Under the pieces are notes generated by a model. The model ran no database searches, was not told the DNA's origin, and worked only from the letters and a program-made list of their open reading frames with translations. A DNA stretch of 58,410 bases, filler included, from Sphacelaria rigidula (Eukaryota), in NCBI GenBank assembly GCA_964200075.2. It is 10 parts of 10 records of this genome, joined end to end, with 100 filler letters (N's around TTAATTAATTAA, not from the genome) between each part and the next. Parts side by side here need not be neighbours in the genome. Positions count along the whole stretch, not along the records: positions 35,107 to 40,857 come from CAXNAA020024744.1; positions 40,958 to 46,708 come from CAXNAA020024745.1; positions 46,809 to 52,559 come from CAXNAA020024746.1; 7 more parts are not named here. One strand, given 5' to 3'. Below, piece by piece: positions 37,288-48,649 of this stretch. Position 1 is the first letter of the stretch; every line of letters begins with the position of its first letter. Both the position numbers and the translations under genes were made by a program.

Positions 37288-39448
37288 CTGTTGTTGCAGT
37301 CGTTCGGCCGCATGATGGCAGGCGGCAACTCTTGAAGCATAAGAGGGGTGCTGACTTGAAAAGACACACCAAAGAATGTCATCACGAAAAACGAATCGAA
37401 GATCGGACACCGTTGAGGGTCCGTGCAAACATATCCAACCGAGCAGACTTACGGGACAGAGGAAGTATGTACCATGTATGTGGTCTCCGCTTCCAATATG
37501 CGACACTGGGCAGTAGTTATCCTGCTGCTGATGTGGATCACAACACACCATGTGGGCTAGGTATATTTCAATGCGTGCGCGGGAAATCGCAAGAAATGCT
37601 CCTCAGAGAGGAACTCGAACCGAAAGTCAAAGTCAGTGGCATAGAAAGTGGATTCATCTTCCAAGTCAAACTAATTATTATGGCCTGAAATTCGTCGTGG
37701 ACAATTTGCGCTTAAAGTCCCCACTAACCAGCGACACAGGTCGAACAACACCTCCACAAAGAGCGGTTGCGAAACGCGCGGATCACTTTCCCGCCATCCA
37801 TCCCGTAAATAATCCAGCAGGTATTTCTCGAAAGAGGGTTGGCAGCCTGACTACGCCCGTTGTTTTCTCCATGTACATGTACGCACCCTCTTGAACAATC
37901 ACGGTTGCTCGAGCGCATGCCATTAACGGTACAGCAAACCTCTTCTGTTGAATCTTTTGATGTCCATGCCAATCATGTATAGCTACGCGGAGCTGTCGCA
38001 TTTTTTAAGGTACGTACAGTTTTCACCCCACTCCGCTATAATGCTTGGAATGTCATTCCTTTCACACTCGATACACACGCTCAAAGTTGCCCTTTTTTCA
38101 TCTCACTCCCGACATATACTCTAAAATAAATGCACTTCGTTCATCTCACTCACACTCAGCATATATATATACTCTCGAAATCGAACTGGACACTCCGGCG
38201 CTATCCACACACATACATACATATACCTACTCATAATGGTGATTATAACGATTGTAAACCCGCTCGATATTGACATTAGTGATCCCAACCCTCTGGAAGA
38301 AAATTGTAATGATTCCAACCCTCAATGATAAATAATGATTACAATGGTTCCACTCCTCTCAAACAATTTACACACTACTCCAGAACTCACGCATCCCCCC
38401 CCCCCCTCCCTGTAGCTCCTAGATATGGTACACGGACGCCAAAATCGTACCGATATATTTTTAACAACTTGTACACTGCTTCATACTTTCAACATTCTAT
38501 GCACATCACAGGCATGGTGACAACAATAAGTCATGCATGTCCTGCACTGTAGGTATATATTTTCTAGATGACTATTTTCACCTGAGGTGGCACACACGTT
38601 GAGGAATTCGGAGCGTATGTCGGGACTGCGAACAATGCCCTGTGAGGCAGGATCAACCCCGCAGCACCCTTCGACCAACCTACCATCTTCCAGGATAGCT
38701 ACGGCCCGTGAAAATCAAGCCTAATCCAGCAGAGTATTGTATCATGGGGGATTTTCATTCAACGGCAACTCGTGGCCGCGTAATGTTTGAGAATCGGCCA
38801 CCGCTGCCTCATGATGAGTCAATCGGATAATGACCACCTGTGTAAAGTGAGAAGGTGAGGAGCGCCTGGAAATAACACTGTGCTGTGTATACCACCCGGT
38901 AGTCAAGTGGAAGTCACCAATGTGCATTTTTTGTACCACAGCACGTGAGTAACACATTATTATGCACACAGGAAAAAAGGCTGAGCAGCCGAACAAATAC
39001 TCGTCAACAGCACGGACACAAACATCAATATGAATGCTCCTGGAAATTATCACAGAGGGCAAGCAAGTAGGTGTGGACTGGCTGGCTGCTCGCTACGAAT
39101 CCCTCAACGCAATACGTCTGCGCATCGCCAAAGCAAAACACACAATGCCATGTAAGACTTACACTCATGGGTTGCACACGATACATCCTTTCCACATGAA
39201 CCACCGATTCAGTTTTCAACAGTCACGGGTGACCAGTCTTTATTCACGCCTCGCTGGAATCAGCAGGCTGGCACAGTATAGCACCCAACACATCTAGTCA
39301 CACAGATCTACTCTCATGTATGGCTGCGATCTCCACCGTGGAAACACCTTCCGGTTGCAAGATAGGCAACAAAACGATCACAGACACAGTGGAAACTGCG
39401 TTCCTTCGGACATGGCGACGTCTTTACTTCTGCTCTTTTTCGACCGCA

Positions 39449-39525
39449 TTATGAAGCCCTGCTGCCGGCCTGCAGAGCTCTTGCCAGGAGCAGCAGGTCA
39501 CCAGCCGACGCCGGTTCGTTTTCAC
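39449..39525 (-). CDS. Terminal exon of an unknown protein (GENEPASAGDLLLLARALQAGSRAS*)
   Basis: TCAG| acceptor in phase 1, matching the preceding exon. Ends at TAA. Confidence 0.65.
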
Positions 39526-39564
39526 CTGACCACGCAATACCCGAAGAAACAGGAGCAGGAATAC

Positions 39565-39598
39565 AGGTAGGTAGGTAGGTAGGTAGGTAGGTAGGTAG
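39565..39598. repeat. (AGGT)n microsatellite
   Basis: About 8 units, directly visible. Confidence 0.95.
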
Positions 39599-39909
39599 AT
39601 GAAGGTTATGCACACCACGTTTGTTCGTCCACAACTGAAATCATATCATTTGGGGTGGCAGTGAGCACCCTTTCCACCACAGCGAATACCAACCCTTGCT
39701 TGTGCCGCAGCACAGACCAGTGAATGGGTGCACCAAGACATGAAATACAGAAGAGGGCACAAAACAATATCACCTCATAAGCGGAACACGCAGCAGTAAT
39801 GACACACAAGTGGCACAGCTATAGCACGTGTTGATTTTCATGTCATTGCCTAAAGCGTACGTCAGGGCAGTATCTGTTCCGAAACATAACCAATCGTGCA
39901 TGTGCTCAC

Positions 39910-40030
39910 CGCTAGGCGATAAGGCCTTCAGCACAGACCCAGCCTTCAGGCAGTCCACCCCATCTCCGAACACGTCGTCGAAGCTGAACAGCGATTGCTC
40001 GGTGATATTCTTGCCTCCGTCGGACATTTC
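39910..40030 (-). CDS. Internal exon of the same unknown protein (EMSDGGKNITEQSLFSFDDVFGDGVDCLKAGSVLKALSPS)
   Basis: CCCAG| acceptor, G|GTGAGC donor, phase 0 to 1. Confidence 0.78.
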
Positions 40031-40390
40031 CTGGGCCCCATGCACACACGAGGATGGTGAGACAGCAGTGGTTAGTAGGAGCACGAGAGGGCGTGGTATG
40101 CACGCATGTAACAAGACGACAGGCGAACAAAATAGCACTCAACACATGTGGATTCGTTCCGTGGTTTGCCTTCTACTTATGTAGACTTCGATTGCCTCCT
40201 TTCTGCCCTCAAAACAGACCACGAACGCTCGGTCGGTGCACCGCCCCTAATACTGGGTCAACGGATCACTCTTGACAGAAAAGTAGATATAGTGTCGGGA
40301 GCACAATACTATTGTTACTGCAGTGCGGGTCAATGGTATCCTACTTCATGAGAGCGTCCACTCTGCACCGTGCCTTCTCGGTGATCCTAC

Positions 40391-40506
40391 CTCCCACAGT
40401 AGCCTCAAGGCCAACATCTCTTGCTCGGTGAAGGTATCACCATGCCAAGGCTCCTCGCGTATGACCTCTTGGATGTTGTGAATCTCTTCCTCTCTTTCAG
40501 CCCACT
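40391..40506 (-). CDS. Internal exon of the same unknown protein (xWAEREEEIHNIQEVIREEPWHGDTFTEQEMLALRLLWE)
   Basis: GACAG| acceptor, GAG|GTAGGA donor, phase 1 to 0. Confidence 0.78.
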
Positions 40507-40857
40507 CTGTCAGGGAGACAGGCATGTACGGGCATGCACTCCGGACGGCGGATTGTGCCCTGATTTCGTGTTTGCGGACGGGGGCCGGGGGGGAGAGATA
40601 GGGTTTGGTCTCTCAAGGTCATCAAGATTTTGTAGCTTGAATCACGAGAATCGATATTATTGCCCCTACGTATTTTCGATGAATGAAATATTTTCAGGTA
40701 TTCATATATAACAACAAGCGTTCAAAAACAAAACGCATGAGTCGGAGTTTTAATCGTTGAGGTTTTGCCTTATTCCGATCCGTCGCAGAGTACATCCTTA
40801 CATATTTCTTCATCCAGCCAAGACGACACTCGATCCCTACCTCCCTACCCCCGCCAC

Positions 40858-40957
40858 NNNNNNNNNNNNNNNNNNNNNNNNNNNNNNNNNNNNNNNNNNN
40901 NTTAATTAATTAANNNNNNNNNNNNNNNNNNNNNNNNNNNNNNNNNNNNNNNNNNNN
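40858..40957. other. Artificial contig spacer
   Basis: N44-TTAATTAATTAA-N44. Confidence 0.99.
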
Positions 40958-41689
40958 GGTCGACATGCTACCCAGGGGTGTTAAGGGTCGACCGTGGACT
41001 CGTGCACACCGCCCAGCAGAGCCTCCACAGAGAACAAAGCATCTCTCCCCCGGATAACTAACCTTAACTCCACACATACTCAAACTCTACAAGACCCGCT
41101 GAATTAAAAATCGCTTGTGTCTCCGCACATTGAGTTGCGATAACACCCTTGGGTTTTACGACATGCTACCGTTTTATTTGTTGTGATGCTGTGACAATAT
41201 GACTGTACAGGATGTCGGCACTGACTGTTTACAGCCTGCACCATCTCCTCGATGAAATCGTTGACTTTGTACTCTGTCTAACAGTGCATGAGTAATATAC
41301 CTTTACTGTGGGAAAGAAATGTTCTGAATCACCATCGAATATCAAATGTCGGACTATGCATGTGGAAGAACCTTTGCCGTGTGCTGTCCTGTTTATTCGA
41401 GTCTATATACTGTGGGGACACATGAGGTAGTGATGTCAGTGTTGCCTGAGCGAAACTACTGAACGCGATATCAACCAGCAGATGGGACTTAACGGACTGC
41501 CTGTAGAAGAGATACACAGGTCTATCGAGATGTTGTCGGCTACAATTAGTACGGAGTACATACAGCATAATATATATATACTATTAAGAACGCGAACCAC
41601 TTGCTAGAGTATCTCATGCATGGCCACGGATGCAACGGTGTCATCTTTACTCTCTATATACTTCGCAAATTCACGAAACTGCTCGTGTG

Positions 41690-42535
41690 ACCGTAATGCC
41701 ATACTGGTTGTGCATACATGCTACAAGGCACGATACCATGGGAGCCGATTTGTCGTCAACGGCAAGTGCAAAGCTTGAATCAACATGGGGTATTTACCCT
41801 ACCCCGGTCAGGGGGGGGGGGGAGATCATTGATGCGATAATGTGTGCTAATATCACGGAAGTTGCATGTAACTTCAGCGTGGTTCGCCCTGATTGATAGT
41901 TTTGCCCTTGCTGGATAGCTCCAAAGGCTGTGGGCGAGCCATATATGCTTGAGAACTTCGGGGCTATGTGATGTCTGCTCCGATTTTGACGAAATCAAAC
42001 CCAACCATGTACTTTGACTTTACTTCACGACTTTCAATACATGGGTGATCGTTTCCGTGTGCACCTAATAACCGCACCTCATACCTGACCGTGTATGCAA
42101 CTGATAGAGAATGACACTGTTACGCTGCCGTCCGCTAATGCACAAAAATCTGTCTATGTAACCGTAATGTCAAACTGGTTGTGCATACATGCTACCAGGC
42201 ACGGTACTATGTAAGCCGAATAGCCGTGAACAGAAATTGCGAGGCTTGAATGAACGAAACATGAGGTATTTACCCTACCACCTGGTCAGGTGGGGCAAAT
42301 CATTAATGCTCGAAATAAATTCTATTTTGTCATGGCAAATGGACGAAATCTCTACGTGATTCCCCTGTTTGATCGTTTTCGCCCTTGGTAGATATATTCA
42401 AAGAGTGTAAACGAGCCATGCATGCGTAAAACAAATGGAGAGTTCTGTGAAATTGTTTCGATTCTAAGAGATCAAACCCAACCATGTACTTATAGTTTAT
42501 ATTTCGACTGTGAATACGTGGGTGGTTCTTTACAG
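41690..42535. repeat. Diverged ~470-bp tandem duplication
   Basis: ACTGGTTGTGCATACATGCTAC, GGTATTTACCCTAC and ATCAAACCCAACCATGTACTT each occur twice about 470 bp apart. Confidence 0.8.
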
Positions 42536-42777
42536 GTCCGCTGCTAAACATACCATTATTTGATCAATATTACCCGCAGCGGGGGATCACAGGACTGCAT
42601 GAAGCCTGCAACAGTTGCTCGTCAACAATTATTGTTGGTGCTCGCCTGCCAAATTTTATGTAGCTACTCATGAGTGTGATAATCAACTCAGATCCATACG
42701 ATTGAGCGGCTATGAGTGAAGCTGCATGCTAATGTGTTTGCATGCAGCCACCAGACGGGCACTCCGTCAGTTCCCGT

Positions 42778-42926
42778 TGACCGTCTATACTCGCGCACGC
42801 TCCGACAATCAATTCGAAGATGACCGTCTACTTGTGCACGCTCTGACATATTATTCGAAGATGACCGTCTACGTGCGTGCTCCGACGATCAATTCGAAGA
42901 TCACCGTCTACCTGTGCGCGCTATGA
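42778..42926. repeat. ~40-bp minisatellite, about 4 units
   Basis: TGACCGTCTA...GCTC.GAC....ATTCGAAGA repeated. Confidence 0.9.
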
Positions 42927-43227
42927 TCGTCCCGGGGGCAGGGCTACATTCTTCTGGTCCTGAGAGTCCATGGGTTCCACACATTCCTTTGCCGGATTTA
43001 CACTGGAAATAATCTGACGAAAGTCGTTGGCTTGTAATGAACGACTCTTGTGTTTATCGTGGAGACTATGCAAGTTGCCAACATACAAGCCGGACATCGA
43101 ATGGATGGACGAGAAAGTTTTATGAACCATATATATATATATATATGCTTGCACCATGCAGTGAACAAGCAGGGTTTAATTGCATACAGGAAAATGGGCG
43201 AGAACGAAGGCTCAAGATGTCAAGACC

Positions 43228-44003
43228 ATGCTTGTCGAACAGGTTGACAGGGGAGCCAGGACTTCCCATGTGTTTTCGAGCAGGTTGACAGGGATCCAGG
43301 GTTTCCCATGTGTTATCGAACAGGTTGACAGGGGGCCAGGAGCTTCCCATGTGTTTTCGAGCAGGTTGACAGGGATCCAGGATTTCCCATGTATTCTCGA
43401 ACAGGTCGACAGAGATCCAGGATTTTCCATGTGTTTTCGAACAGGTTGACAGGGGGCCAGGAGCTTCCCATGTGTTATCGAGCAGGTTGACAGGGGGCCA
43501 GGAGCTTCCCCTGTGTTTTCGAGCAGGTTTACAGGGGAGCCAGGAGTTTTCCATGTGTTTTCGAGCAGGTTGACAGGGGAGCCAGGAGTTTCCCATGTGT
43601 TTTCGAGCAGGTTGACAGGGGTCCAGGAGCTTCCCATGTGTTTTCGAGCAGACAGGGGAGCCAGGAGCTTCCCATGTGTTTTCGAGCAGGTTGATAGGGA
43701 GCCAGGATTTCCCAAATGTTTTCGAACAGGTTGACAGGGGGCCAGGAGTTTCCCTTGTGCGTGCGAACAGGTTGACAGGGGAGCCAGGATTTCCCATATG
43801 TTTTCGAGCAGGTTGACAGGGAGCCAGGAGCTTCCCATGAGTTTTCGAACAGGTTGACAGGGGATCCAGGATTTCCCATGTGTTTTCGAGCAGGTTGACA
43901 GAGATCCAGGAGTTTCCCATGTGTTTTCGAACAGGTTGACACGGAGCCAGGAGTTTCCATGTGTTTTCGAGCAGGTTGACAGGGGGTCAGGAGTTTCCCA
44001 TGC
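43228..44003. repeat. 41-bp minisatellite, 19 units
   Basis: Consensus CGAGCAGGTTGACAGGGGAGCCAGGAGCTTCCCATGTGTTTT, units 38-42 bp. Confidence 0.97.
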
Positions 44004-44345
44004 GCCTTAGAACAGCGCGAACGCCATTTTAGCGGAAGCGAGTAGAAACGATGCACAACAAGTGGGTACTGTGGGTACAAGCTAAAGTTTGGCACCACAG
44101 CAAGAGTAGCCACCGCTCACCAGTAACGGTGTTGCTGGGCACCGGGGAAGGGGGAGGGAGCTATGCATCAAAGTAGTGGTGGAAGTCTTCGGTGATTTTG
44201 GGAACATGTCGGGCAAACTACAGCGGCAAGGAGCAGGATTCCTGAGGGCAGCAAACCCTAGTGATAGCAGGACGCCGCCGACGAAGATTTTGAGGCTAGC
44301 TGAGGAGATCACGCCCGTTCCGCAACTGTACACACTGACAGGAAA

Positions 44346-45133
44346 GTGGTGATAGGATTAGGATTGTCCTGGGAGTGGGCCTATCGGGGGTTGGTTCATG
44401 ACGGAACTGAATCTCACTGGCTTTCAGAGGAGGAAGTTTTGGACAGTTTCACTGGGCTACAGTTGGACGTGTTTCATGCTTTGTGGGAACTATATAACCC
44501 GCAAACCAAACCACACCCATGCGTTAACCCATCTCGAGCGGAAAGAGACTCTTTTGCTTGGGATGAAGCTTTGAGACTCATTTCTCGAGGGACCAGAATA
44601 CGTAAATAGTTTGCGGACAACCAAGGTGAGCGGCAGGAGTTCGACGGGGAGGTGTTCGGCTTCCGTCAGCCGTATTAACGCATCAAGTATGAGGATGAGG
44701 ATTGGGAAGAGATGACGCCGTCGGAGGTGCTGAAAAATGCGGCGAAGGAACAGGGTACCGGAACCGTTCAGGATCTAATTAATGGAGAGAAGGGATCGTT
44801 CTGCACGGTGTTCAAATTCCCTACGTGGTCTAACCCGGCAGAACGATTATCAAGATCGACGGCTACGCCCCGACGCTGAGCACTCGGAAGAGGGACATGG
44901 TAACGCGGCGATCCATCGTGTGAATCACGTCAGTCCCAGGGTTTTCAATCCTAGGACTGAGGGGGGGTATTACGGATCGCGGCGTGATGCGGTGGAAAGG
45001 GGGACAGTACAATGATGGGCCGTTGATTCGGAACGAAGATACGCGCCCGGAGGGCTGATTGCGGGAACTGGCTAGTACCCGCGGTCAGGGGTGAGGATGT
45101 TGAGTAATCCATCAAGATACGGAGTACATAACA
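44346..45133 (+). mobile_element. 3' end of a decayed Gypsy-like LTR element: chromo-like and Tudor-like domains, PPT, candidate 3' LTR
   Basis: One frame with two stops: WEWAYRGLVHDGTESHWLSEEEVLDSF...GTRIRK*F...FDGEVFGFRQPY*RIKYEDEDWEEMT. Purine tract GAGGGGGGG at 44959-44967, then TATTA...TAACA (44968-45133). Confidence 0.65.
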
Positions 45134-45273
45134 ACATGCCTCTTACATCTGGTTGAATCCGACTATTGCTAAGAATCGGTGCAATGCTATGATGCCCTGG
45201 TGCTCAGAACTTCTCGAGAAGGCTCTGGTTTCAACACTACCAAGGAACGAAAGAAATCGAATCACCTGAAGCT

Positions 45274-45485
45274 GACACTTTCTACGATAGCCCCCCCCCC
45301 CCAAAACCAGCTAAAAGCGTCACGAAATAAATGGCCATACAGCACCTGATGTTCGGGTTCAGCCTGAATGAAGCNNNNNNNNNNCAGCTTCTCGTTGTGC
45401 TCGGCTTTTCCCATTTCGATTTACGTAGAGATTTTGCCTCCCAAAATCATGCACGTTTTTCGGGGGGGCTATCGTAGAAACTGTC
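45274..45485. mobile_element. MITE family B with both TIRs (contains a 10-N gap at 45375-45384)
   Basis: GACACTTTCTACGATAGCCCCCCC ... GGGGGGGCTATCGTAGAAACTGTC, with AGCT on both flanks. Confidence 0.85.
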
Positions 45486-45835
45486 AGCTGTGAGCAAGGA
45501 TATCCTGACGATCGGCGCGTACTGTACTGCGTTGAACTGTCTCCCCACGTGCTGTGAGCTTACGATTGTAACAAGAATAACGGTGAGACGGTTTGGAGCC
45601 TGAGTACTTGATGAACAGATGTGAAAGGATCGACCTGTAATAAATGAATATGAACGAACTCGTGCACAAGTGGATGGCAGTCAAATAATAAGTAAAATGA
45701 AAGGTCTCACCCGAAATAGTGAAATTTCGTACTCGTCGACCGAAGTTTTGTTGTTTGCCTCGTTCGGTGATCAACCTGCACTGTAGAGTTAAGCAAATGT
45801 TGACAACAACAGGAGACTGTCGTTTGTTTGTATCA

Positions 45836-45941
45836 TTAACCCTTAGACCGCGAGGTTAGTCTTTCGTTGAATCGGCATTAATTTCAAGTGAAGAAAAGCA
45901 TGAATCATCCAGAAAGACTGATCTTGCGGTCTAAGGGTTAA
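45836..45941. mobile_element. 98-bp piggyBac-type MITE with TTAA on both sides, abutting an older partial copy (45942-46035)
   Basis: TTAA-CCCTTAGACCGCGAG...GCGGTCTAAGGG-TTAA. Same family as 30733-30940, opposite orientation. Confidence 0.9.
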
Positions 45942-46708
45942 ACGGCGATGCGGGTAGTCCATCTGGATCACGCATACGTTTTTCAAGTGAAAATTGATGC
46001 CGATTCAGCAGGTAACCCACCCTCGCGGTCCAAGCATTCTTTTGGAGAAGTTATTGCCCCACAACGACCAGTGCTTCGTCTTATCTCGACAAGCAGTTTT
46101 GTTCAGATCGAAGCCCAGCTCTGCGCACAGGTAAAAAATGCGGCGGTTCTGGAGGTGGTTGTTAGTCCAATATCTCTGTGCTGCTGCGGACAAGACGCAC
46201 AGATGTAGCACAGCGCCGACACACCTAGCCACGAAAACCGAAGGATAGACATTCACCACTCACGCGCATTAGCTCAAGCGCTAGCCCTTCATTATTTACA
46301 CGACAGCCTTTGTTTGACGGAAATCCGTCCAGTATTAGATGAAAGGCGACGGCGTGCATGTCAAATAGCAATCGAAAACGTGCTGTTGCTGACTCTTTCT
46401 GAGCGTGTGCTGTGCGCGCGTCTCACCCAAATCATCATGTCTCACTGAAGTCTGAACCGATTTGAGCAAGGTCACGCACAGCGTGCTCAGCTGATGAGCA
46501 GCTATGAATGGAGTGGTATGTTTTGGTTTGGGAGGGCAATGCGATCCTCAGGTTCACGTATGGTTGTCTTGACTTGTCTGTCAAGACATAGGTCATGCCC
46601 CTGTCAACGGGATGTTTTATGTTCCCGTTCGAGGTGTCCCATAATCACTTGTACAAAAGTGATTTTTTGGCACTTTTCGGGGGGTGAGGGTGGGGGTGAG
46701 GGGGGGGG

Positions 46709-46808
46709 NNNNNNNNNNNNNNNNNNNNNNNNNNNNNNNNNNNNNNNNNNNNTTAATTAATTAANNNNNNNNNNNNNNNNNNNNNNNNNNNNNNNNNNNN
46801 NNNNNNNN
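46709..46808. other. Artificial contig spacer
   Basis: N44-TTAATTAATTAA-N44. Confidence 0.99.
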
Positions 46809-46921
46809 AGAGAAAAACTCCTGTGTTGACGTTTCTCCTGTGTGACCCCGGCTGGTGCGCCCACATATACCGAAAGGTGTAGACCGGCGTCCAGAAAAGA
46901 TGGGACGACGACACACACACG
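46809..46921 (+). mobile_element. SINE family C, 3' end
   Basis: ACTCCTGTGTTGAC...ACCGAAAGGTGTAGACCGGCGTCCAG...GGGACGAC(AC)n. Confidence 0.85.
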
Positions 46922-47084
46922 ATAGCAGTCAACTCCATTGTGGACGTCATTGTTGTTTTTGTTGTTTTTGCTGTTGTTGTTGCAGCCCTTTCTCCACCCA
47001 TGACAGCGAACACTCGTTCTTTTTTTCTCCCTTCTTTCATCATGCATAATAGCTCCTTGCTCGTGTACCCGCGAGATTGTGAGG

Positions 47085-47345
47085 TTAACTGATTGGTTCA
47101 TTGCTTGTCGCACAGTAACGGATCCCCCAGGTAGTCATGATCCAGTCATGGTCATTATCCACAAAACGGAAACACTCGCTGAAGGAAAGTGAAGAAAACA
47201 GAAAGGTGGAACAGACACGAGTAGACGAAAAACAAAAAACCACCATGAGAAAAAAACACGACACGCAAGAAAGTAGAATGGCCTTTGAAATACGGCTTCC
47301 GATGGAAAAGGTCTTGCACAACACAGCACGCACGTTCGTCCCCGG
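47085..47345 (-). mobile_element. SINE-like retroposon with the shared 3' tail
   Basis: Homologous to 6146-6430. Minus strand ends GGGGGATCCGTTACTGTGCGACAAGCAATGAACCAATCA. Confidence 0.55.
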
Positions 47346-47526
47346 TTGAGAAAAAAAAAAAAAAATCGTAGTGGAACCTTGATATGTTGACGTTTTGCGC
47401 ACTTCACCCGCTACTGTACAATACAGTATCAACCATGTTCCACATATTTGCTCATGCCAAGATACTGGACCGAGATCATCGATGGATTCTCATATGCGGA
47501 GCTGTTCCGGAATATTTGCCCCTCAC

Positions 47527-47620
47527 CTATGGCAGCAAGCATCGCGCGGCTTGGGCCGTCCCCGTCTTCTGTTGGAGCAGCGATATGGTGAGCATCCCCA
47601 GCCAAACCGTACCCTCGTAC
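47527..47620 (-). CDS. OXSM: 3-oxoacyl-ACP synthase II (FabF/OXSM type) exon (VRGYGLAGDAHHIAAPTEDGDGPSRAMLAAI)
   Basis: TTCACAG| acceptor, G|GTGAGG donor, GYGxxGDAHH KAS II motif. Confidence 0.92.
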
Positions 47621-48432
47621 CTGTGAAAAAAACATACATATATAAGAAGGGATGACAGCCTTCTTCAAGCCCTTCGATTCGTGGTCAAACAAAAAAACTC
47701 CATCGCAATAAGTGTAAAGCGTGCTTGTTCAATAGCTGGTTCATTCATTCGTTCATTCGCGCAGAATCGCAGAGTGAAACTTACTTGGAAGTATTTTCCA
47801 GCTTTTCTCACACCAGGTAGGTCATCATCCACAGTTTATGTACTGGAACAACTAGGACCACAGTAAAGTGAAGGCATCTGTATCTTAGAGTGCTGGACTA
47901 TATCAACAACATACATGCAGATACATCTACGAAGGAAAACAAAAAAAGAAGCAAGGGGAACTAGGTGCAATACGAAAATCAATTACTCGAAAAGCGTATA
48001 ACCTTACCAACGCGTACTCACATGATTTTCGCTGGGCCTCTTTCTCTGTCTCATATCCAAGAGAGCAGAGCCTCCCTTCAATTTCGCCTTTCTTTTCGAT
48101 ACACAGAGAAAAACTTGACGAGCAGAGTTGCTCCGTGAAGGATAATTAATAGCCCACATTCATTCACTACCTGATCTCTCCGTATACCGCAGACCACAGT
48201 GTACACGGAGCATCTACCGTATGTTGTATATCACCCCCTACGAAACTCCCGCGTGCGATTAATCAAATTCGGCTATTATTGAAGCCATACCAGTGCCCGC
48301 AGCACTGCATCGCGGTACGTTGAATATCACTCCTACCTATCCCTCCGAATGATAAGTTTTAGGGCTTCACAAACGTACTGCCGGGGAGTGTTATCCGCCG
48401 TATGCTACGGTACGCGATAATGCACGTCGAAC

Positions 48433-48503
48433 CTCTGCAATCACGTGGGCACCTCTCGCGAGCGCGTACTCCATCTCTTCCAGCACCAGCACGGCAGCGC
48501 CCT
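48433..48503 (-). CDS. OXSM: 3-oxoacyl-ACP synthase II exon (EGAAVLVLEEMEYALARGAHVIAE)
   Basis: CTAG| acceptor, GAG|GT donor, phases fit both neighbours, EGA.VLVLEE...A..RGA motif. Confidence 0.92.
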
Positions 48504-48649
48504 CTAGTTTTTTTTTCCCGCGTTCGTATGTTTTTGTGTGCGGTCAGAAATGAAGAATGCAAAAAAAGAGCGAAAAAAAGGACAGCAACGAAAAATGAGC
48601 GGGGGGAAAAATTGTTAAGAAACAGAGAGGTATATGATGAGGAGAGGAT

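Noticed and set aside
41093..41108. Start of 28S rRNA (ACCCGCTGAATTAA)
   Set aside because: Only about 14 matching bases and no rRNA sequence follows.
43228..44003. CRISPR array, or repeat proteins from ORFs 43120-43920, 43212-43838 and 43529-44113
   Set aside because: Units are contiguous with no unique spacers, there are no cas genes, and unit lengths of 38-42 bp shift frame. It is a minisatellite.
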